This document shows, piece by piece, positions 56,507-64,000 of a stretch of DNA of 64,000 bases. Each line of letters opens with the position of its first letter. Positions within the stretch are counted from its first letter, which is position 1. The translations under genes and the position numbers were made by a program. The notes below the pieces were generated by a model that did no database searches, was not told where the DNA came from, and saw only the letters and a list, made by a program, of their open reading frames with translations. Where the stretch lies: positions 201,624,001 through 201,688,000 of the forward strand of contig OZ024743.1 in NCBI GenBank assembly GCA_964016885.1, written 5' to 3'. This DNA is from Eledone cirrhosa. Its lineage: Eukaryota.

Positions 56507-57279
56507 GATTAGTACGTTCCCGATGTATATCGGGAGTTGATTACATTTAAAAAAGTCCTCAAGACGTTAGTAGAGTATAAGCGTTTTTACTCTATTATAG
56601 AAATTATCTACAGAAGTAGAACTGTTACGTGTGTGTATATATGTATGCGTGTGTGTATGTGCGTATATTTGTATGTGCACGTGAGTGTATGTACGTATGT
56701 TTGTATGCATATTGTGATAGAGATATATTTTCTGTTGGAATTGATAGTTTTGGAATACAATTATTTAAAAATCCTCTCAATATTATCTCTTGAGGCCTAT
56801 CGGACCCCCCACATTCACATTAAGAGCAACCACCACACGGTTTCATGTGACAAAAGCTGATGAGTGTGACTTGAAGCCCTGTATGGTAGAATTAATTGAA
56901 TGAATATTAATAGAACTGAATGTTCGCATAATTGCACTTTGTATAAAGGAAACGACATCAACAATAACAATCTCTAACATAACAACACAACAATCACTAG
57001 TAACAACGACATCAATAGCTGAATCCTAATTATTACAATGTTTGTAAGAAAATAGAAACTAGCCTTAGGCCATGGAATACACAAAGCAAACCATTTTGTG
57101 TTTAGTAGTTACTATTATTTTTCAGTGTATCAAATATGAGTTGTAGTTGTTGTTTAGCCTCTGGTCAGTTGTGTGTTCAAAAATGATCCAGCTGTGACCA
57201 TCTAGTCTTTTAAATTTCAGACATACTCTATCTAGAATTGCATTATAGCCCAAAACATTGTTGTATTTATTCTGACGTC

Positions 57280-57820
57280 TAGCATTCTGAGTTCAAATCC
57301 CACCAAGGTCAACTCTACTTTTCTTCATTCTAGGCTCGATAAAATAATGTAGCAGTATATTACTGTGACCGATATAACCAAATTCTTCCTGTGTCTCCTC
57401 AAAGTTAGCAGTGAGCTATTGAAGTTAGATTTGACTGCTATTTTTAGTTGATCAAACGACCACGTAGGGAATCAGTCATTGGGTTATAGTTAGTGTAGTA
57501 GTTGTGTTTAAGTTATTTGTAAATGCATTTTTGTCTCCTATAAGTTAATCACAAGAGAAGGGACAGCACCCATATAATTCGAAAGCTATCTGGAACCGGT
57601 GAAAGTCGCACATTAATAGTGGTTTCTAATTTAGACATGGCACAAATTTTGGGAAAAATAAAGTTACATGAATCAGCCCCAGTACTTGACTGGTACTTCA
57701 TTTTATCGACCCAGGAAGGATGAAAGGTGAAGTAGACCTCGGTGGAATTTGAAATTAGAATGTAAAGAGTCAGATTGTTATTTTAGTTGATGCTCTACAT
57801 TTTCTGCTAATCAACCACGA
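57280..57820. mobile_element. Two old SINE family 1-related copies (+ 57280-57375; - 57618-57820)
   Basis: B box and core recognisable. Confidence 0.65.
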
Positions 57821-57922
57821 TTACCGGAGTTAATGTTTAACCTGAGATATTGTCATTAACGATTACACCCCCCTACACACATATATATATATTTGTATAT
57901 ATGTAATTATTTTAGATACAAC

Positions 57923-58121
57923 CAGTGCCGGATTTACCATTGTGCTTAGGTGTACTTAAGCACAGGTCCCCGTTGGCCCAGAGGCCCTGTTAGCCCAGGG
58001 TCCCCGTTGGCCAGGAGGCCCTATCTTCTTGCCATAAACATTTTCACGATCAATGTTTCAAATGTTTGGGACCTCATAACTTAACTAGCACAGGGACTCA
58101 TTTGTCCTAAATGCGGCATTG
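57923..58121. mobile_element. hAT-type MITE
   Basis: TIRs cagtgccggattta / taaatgcggcattg; 8-bp TSD gatacaac / tatacaac. Confidence 0.8.
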
Positions 58122-58449
58122 TATACAACTTGCACCACGGAAAAATAATTTTATCAGCTGCCAAATGAAGATTAAAACGTGTTCATTGTCTTTGAGCAAA
58201 CTGTATCAACCAGCGGTGCCAAGCCGCATTGCTGCTATAAGTTACACACAGAAATACGTAGTGGGATCGATACGATCACCTACATCGTTGACGTCTGTGT
58301 CCCAGCATGGCCGCAGAACAATAAGTACAACAAATAAAGGAATAAAAGAGTATATATAATGGCTGGTTAGTTGCATAGTCCCGAAAAAAGAATTTCTTAA
58401 GTTTCCAACCGAGTTGAGACAAATGTTTATGAACCAATTGATTAAGAGC

Positions 58450-60305
58450 CAACAACAACAGCAACAACAACAACAACAACAACAGCGACAACAACAATAA
58501 CAACAATAACAACAACGACAACATCAACAGCAGCAACAACAACAGCAACAACAAAAGAACAAGAACGACAACAACAACAACAGCGACAACAACAACAACA
58601 ACGAAGACAACAAGATCAAAACACTTTTATTTCTTTTATAATCATTTAATATCTTAATATCAATATTGTCTGTTAAATATCTTCTTTGGAAACAGACTAA
58701 TATCACTTTAGGATAGTCATAATGGTGGATGTAGTGATAGTGTGGTGGAGGGATGATAACGGTTGATTTTGTGATGCTGTTTGGTAGCAATGGTTGTGGT
58801 GTTCTGGTTGGTTCTTGTCGTGATGTTAGTGGTTTTTAGTGATGGACGTTTTGTCGGTGTTGGTGATGGAAATGGTGGTGTTTGTAGTGAATGTGTTAGG
58901 CTTGGTTGGTGGTAGATGTTATGGTTAATGTAATGTTGGTGTGGTGTTGACGTTATTGATAGTCATGTTGTGGGTAGGTGTGTTGGGTGTGGTGCAGTGT
59001 GGTGTTGGTATTGGTGCGGGTGGTGGAAGTTATGGTAGTGTTGGTGATAGATGGTGTGGCTAACATAAAGTATTGGCAATATTGCTGAATATAATGATGG
59101 TATTGGTGTTGGTGTTGGTGTTGGTATTGGTGTTGGTACTAGGCCTGATAGTATCGAGTGTTGGTGGGGCTCCATGAACTGGTGGGCTAATGGTTGATAT
59201 GGTGAAGGTGTTGGTATAGGTTTTGGCTAAAGAATGAAGGGAGTCTGTGTGTGTGAGTTTGTATTTCTGCAGATTTATCTTTCCAAGGAACTAAAATCTA
59301 TTTTTAAGAAGACGTCTAAGAAAATTAACACAATTATAAAATAACAAAATAAAAAAAAGGAAAAAAAAAAGGATTCACAATAACATAAGTAAATAAATAC
59401 ATAGCAAAAAATAGAAACTAAAACAATTTGTAGAAATGAAAACACCAATAACAATCACAGCTCCAAGAATATCGTAAATAAAATAAATATGAAAAAAATA
59501 ACATTAAAAAGAACGTTGATATCGATAACAGTAGCAATAACAAGAAAAACAACAATAATAACAGAAGCAGTAGAACAATAACAATACCAACAACAATAAT
59601 AACAGCAATAGTAATAACAAAAGCAACAGTAGCAACAACAACAGCAGAAACAACAGTAGCAAACACAAGAATATTATCAACAACAAAAACAATAGCAACA
59701 ACAACAATAATAACGACAGCAACAAGAAGAACAATAGCAACAACAACAATAATAACGACAGCAGCAAGAAAAAGAACAACAACAATAACAGTAACATCAA
59801 CAACAAAAACAACAACAGTAACAACAACAATAACAGCAGTAGCACCTTCAACAGCAGTAACAATAGCAATAACAACAGCAGCATCAGCAACACTCGTAGC
59901 AAAAGCAACAAACAACAGCAGCGGCAGTAATAATAACAGAAATAACAACAACAACAGCAACAACAAAACAGCAATCATAAAAACAGTGATGTCAACGGTA
60001 ACAACAATGATAACATCCACAATAACAACACAATAACAGTAACAATAACAACAACAACAGCAACAACAATAACAACAATAGCAGCAGCAACAACGACAAC
60101 ATCAATAGCTACAAAAACAACAGTAGCAGCAGTAACAATAACACAAATAACAACAACAACAACAACAGCGGCAACAACAGCAACAACTGCAACCACAACA
60201 ACAGCGGCACCAACGGAAACAACAACGATAGCAACAACAACTATTGCCTCAACAACAACAACAGGCTCAGCAGTAACAACAACAACAACAGGTTCAGCAA
60301 CAATA
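58450..60305. repeat. Low-complexity block: CAA-rich, then GGT-rich, then CAA/CAG-rich tracts
   Basis: Degenerate triplet repeats at 58450-58620, 58720-59225 and 59500-60305. Confidence 0.85.
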
Positions 60306-60344
60306 ACGTCGAAAAATCTGTTACAATGTTGTTCCGGTAATATA

Positions 60345-60357
60345 GTCGGCCATTTTG
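60345..60357 (-). promoter_or_regulatory. YY1-like motif, candidate promoter-proximal element
   Basis: Minus strand CAAAATGGCCGAC in CpG-retaining unique sequence; the ATG opens only 10 codons. Confidence 0.3.
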
Positions 60358-60639
60358 TTTTTGTCTCGCAATTTATGTCTTTGTCTTCAGGCTAAACGAT
60401 TCAATATAACAATGTCCTGTTTTTGTTACTTTTACTGGTGACGTAAAGAACTAAATTGATGAAAACTAACGCTTTCAAAGTTAAATCCAACTTTAATTTC
60501 TACAATTGCTTCTGTGAAGATGCTTGCATATAAAAAACATCTCTACTGCTTTATGACCCATAAGCCTAAAAAATAGTATTTCACTGTAATTGCCACTCTC
60601 TACTTCCACCCGCTTCACCGGCTTTTATAGCTCGGAGGT

Positions 60640-60875
60640 TACCACAGTTTCATTGGTATTAAGCAGTTGAAATACATTCATCTGGAAAGGATACCGGTCC
60701 ATCACAGCCCTAACATTCAAATGTTGATGCAGCTGGTACTCATTTTAGATTGAGTTAACAGAAGTAATCTGAAATTAAGTTTTTTCGTCAAGAACATGGT
60801 ACTATTCGGCCCAGGAATCAAACTGAAGACATTTCGATCGCAAGCCAAACACTCAAACCAGTAGGTCGCATGCCT
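60640..60875 (-). mobile_element. Diverged tRNA-derived SINE related to 16262-16490
   Basis: Shared ccRgtccatcacagc..gctggtactcatttt and a tRNA-like head. Confidence 0.55.
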
Positions 60876-61081
60876 TAACTATAGCATTGCTCCTGGATAT
60901 TTGTGGAAAGTATATATGATGTGCCATGTATATTAATATAATACAATGACGAGCAATTACAACTATGTAATATAGAGTACGTAGTGTTGTGTAATGTATA
61001 TATATATATATATATATATATGAAAAATTTGGGACCCCGACGGCAGAGCTCCTGCCGTTTCAACAGCTATATATATATATG

Positions 61082-61190
<109 letters not shown>

Positions 61191-62047
61191 CAAAATATTA
61201 ATAAATGAAAATATTCTCATAATCAAAATATATATTTTATTATAAATATTTCAAAGGTTCAATGGTGTTTAAGTACGTTTTCATCAGACAAAATATAAGA
61301 TTTGATATGCGATTTGGTTATATATATATACATATATATATGAAAAATTCGGGACCCCGGCGGCTGAGCTCCTGACGTTTCAACAGCTATATATATATAT
61401 GAGTGTGTGTGCGTGCATGTGAATATGTAGCTGCACATGCAAAAAGCTGGCATTTAAAGATATCAATGTTTCTTCGACAAACATGTCAAAACCTGTTAAT
61501 ATTTGTAGCTGGAGTAAAACGTATTTATAAGTGTTCAGAAAATAAAGTTTAAAAAAAGAAATCTCAACCCCATCCACATTTCCGGATACACACCCACATG
61601 AAATACCAAACAAACGGAATAAGGACACAGGTCGAAGAGTCATTGTGTGAAGTATGCCATATGTTATGAGCATAGTCTTATTATATTATTTCATATATAT
61701 TTTTTCGTGGGCACGTTAAGTGTTCGGCTGTGAGGTTTGGTAATCGCTTCGATTTAAACGATACCCACCAGAGAGACAATCATTAACACAACACTGCAAC
61801 ACACTCGAGAATATCACACCTTTTCTCTCTCTCTGTCTCGCTCACCTCAGAATATATATATATAATCTTAGTTTGTATTAAACTAAGATTTGATTGTTTT
61901 AACACTTTGTATCTCGGCTCTGCCAAACACATGATAATTTGCATTGATCCTTTTATCATACCGGTAACCGGCTAGTACTTAGTACTACTCTACATATTTA
62001 TAATTGTATATTAAACATATATATATAAGTATAAATATTAGTATTAT

Positions 62048-62112
<65 letters not shown>

Positions 62113-62176
62113 AGACTTTCCCATTAAGAAGGACGTGTGAGAGCCTAGTCATTTGATCGATCGGACAAGTTATCTA

Positions 62177-62481
62177 TCTATACATATATATAAAACTGTA
62201 GTTGTCTGTGTGTGTGTCCTAATTTGGGCAAAGTCTATACAAATCCACATTTCTACTCTGATTGACTTCAAACTTGCATTTATATATTCCTTGCGGTCTA
62301 AAGGTATTAACTGCATCTTTTATTTTTCAATTTTCTGTTGTTAAAGGGGTGTTAGGCGCCGGTTATCGATCTCCGTTGCACCCTTATAATATATGTCTGT
62401 ATGTCTGTATGTCTGCATAACGACATTCTGACGAACACGTCATTGATGACGTATTATCTTCGCCACACACACACACACACA

Positions 62482-62513
<32 letters not shown>

Positions 62514-62522
62514 TATATATAC

Positions 62523-62620
<98 letters not shown>

Positions 62621-62631
62621 CACATATACAT

Positions 62632-62666
<35 letters not shown>

Positions 62667-62735
62667 CGTACATATACAAACGCATATACACATATATATT
62701 TACACATATACATATATATAAATATATACATAAAA

Positions 62736-62797
<62 letters not shown>

Positions 62798-63279
62798 AGT
62801 CACTCCTTCCTCTAAAAGCCGTACAAAGTGGACATGTTTATCGGGCAGATGGATCAGGTGAAACTCTACACCAGGCCTTCGCGAGAAATTCGCAAGGGAC
62901 TGCACCGAGAGGGATAGAGAGAAAGAGTAACTTAGTGGAAAGAGTGCGAATGAACTTTTGAGGTAAGTAGCCTACGCCTTACTACTATGACACTGGAACC
63001 TTCTGCCAACTCAATATGTGACTTTCTCTTTCACATTTACTCCAATAGGCCAAAACAGAGGAGTATGAAATGAGGGGGAGGGGGGTCAACAATATTTCCA
63101 TGAACAATGCACGTAGACAGCTAAACTGTGCTTTCAACTTCTTAATTTTATCCAAATAAAACAAGTTTCCTGTCGGTATATTTTCGTGAGTTTTTAACAG
63201 GCAGTCACAAACAAACGTTTCTCATTGGACGTGCTATTACCAATGTTCTTACTCGTGCAACGCCGGGATACACTGTTAG
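62177..63279 (+). mobile_element. Probable non-autonomous Helitron
   Basis: A|TCtatacatatatataaaa 5' end; 3' hairpin ctcgtgcaacgccggg ~10 nt before gTTAG|T (degenerate CTAG); no TSD. Confidence 0.6.
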
Positions 63280-63629
63280 TTTATAATATAACGTGTGAAG
63301 TGGCTACTTATTTCACAGGCATGATACCTTTAGTATAATTCTTTAATGGAATCAACGTAACACGATTGTGAGAAGGGTGCACCTTTGAATATCAGCTGTA
63401 ATTTTCGTCTACCCACTTTTACTGACAAGACTTGAGATTCAGCCTAAGGCTATGTTAAAAGAGATTTGCCAAGACACTTATCATGGCGTTATGCAAAATA
63501 TGAATATCTTCCCAGGAAGGGTTCCAAGTGTGCTGCCTTGCTCTGCTACCAATTATCGATACTAATTTACATCAGCCACAAAGGATGTTCTCTATGCTAT
63601 CAGTGAGCTAACGAATCAACCTCTATGGA

Positions 63630-64000
63630 AGTGGTTCCCAATCTGTGCACCACGGCCCAGCGGTGGGTCGCTAGACATATTAATGTGCAACACGAAAAAT
63701 AATGATTTTATTTCAAAATGTGAAAAATATACATTGTTCTTATATAACTGTCTAAATGGGAAGGAACCAAACTAAAAATGAAAACAATGCCAAGAAACCT
63801 CAAACACATGTTCCTTACTGGTTAATTTGCTCTATGTATTGACTAAAGAAGGTAGTATAATTATTTTAAATGTATTTTTAAATTCCTATATTTCCGATAT
63901 GCTAATATGTATTAATATCGTTTTTGAATAAATTATTGGATTAAGGTATAAAGTGTGCCAAAATATATTTACTTGTTCTAAAGTGTCACTTGTTTACTAA
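63630..64000. mobile_element. Possible hAT/Charlie-type element end
   Basis: Begins agtggttcccaatctg; the other end is not seen. Confidence 0.35.

Noticed and set aside
58371-58392. ttgcatagtc resembling the miR-153 5' end (also attgcactt, miR-92-like, at ~5130 and ~56931)
   Set aside because: The match stops after about 10 nt and no precursor hairpin is seen.
59418-60196. Hydrophobic Val/Leu-rich membrane-like ORFs
   Set aside because: Antisense of a degenerate CAA tract; open in several frames.

Overview
AT-rich eukaryotic, repeat-dominated DNA. The SINE/LINE families and microsatellite load point to an octopus/cephalopod genome (inference). No host protein-coding gene can be supported, and nearly all listed ORFs are microsatellite artefacts or antisense to LINEs. 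Contents: a 5'-truncated RTE LINE with a PHD-like finger inside RT; a 26-34 kb pile-up in (TTA)n of two Dong/R4-type RLE LINEs and a Tx1/L1 fragment, with nested SINEs and a probable solo LTR; about 25 copies of one tRNA-derived SINE; a second SINE with an RTE tail; piggyBac-, pogo- and hAT-type MITEs; a probable non-autonomous Helitron; and a 200-N gap. Most notable: (1) several type I hammerhead-ribozyme motifs, one directly downstream of a Penelope GIY-YIG C-terminus, plus three near-perfect palindromes at 53.9-55.0 kb whose arms carry hammerhead cores or half-cores and sit in (TA)n; (2) an 87-bp x ~14 tandem array whose minus strand encodes a 29-aa repeat with exact C2H2 zinc-finger spacing but no second Cys; (3) an apparent CpG-poor to CpG-retained switch near 51 kb, with a YY1-like motif at 60.35 kb. 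Everything was read by eye; no searches or folding were run.
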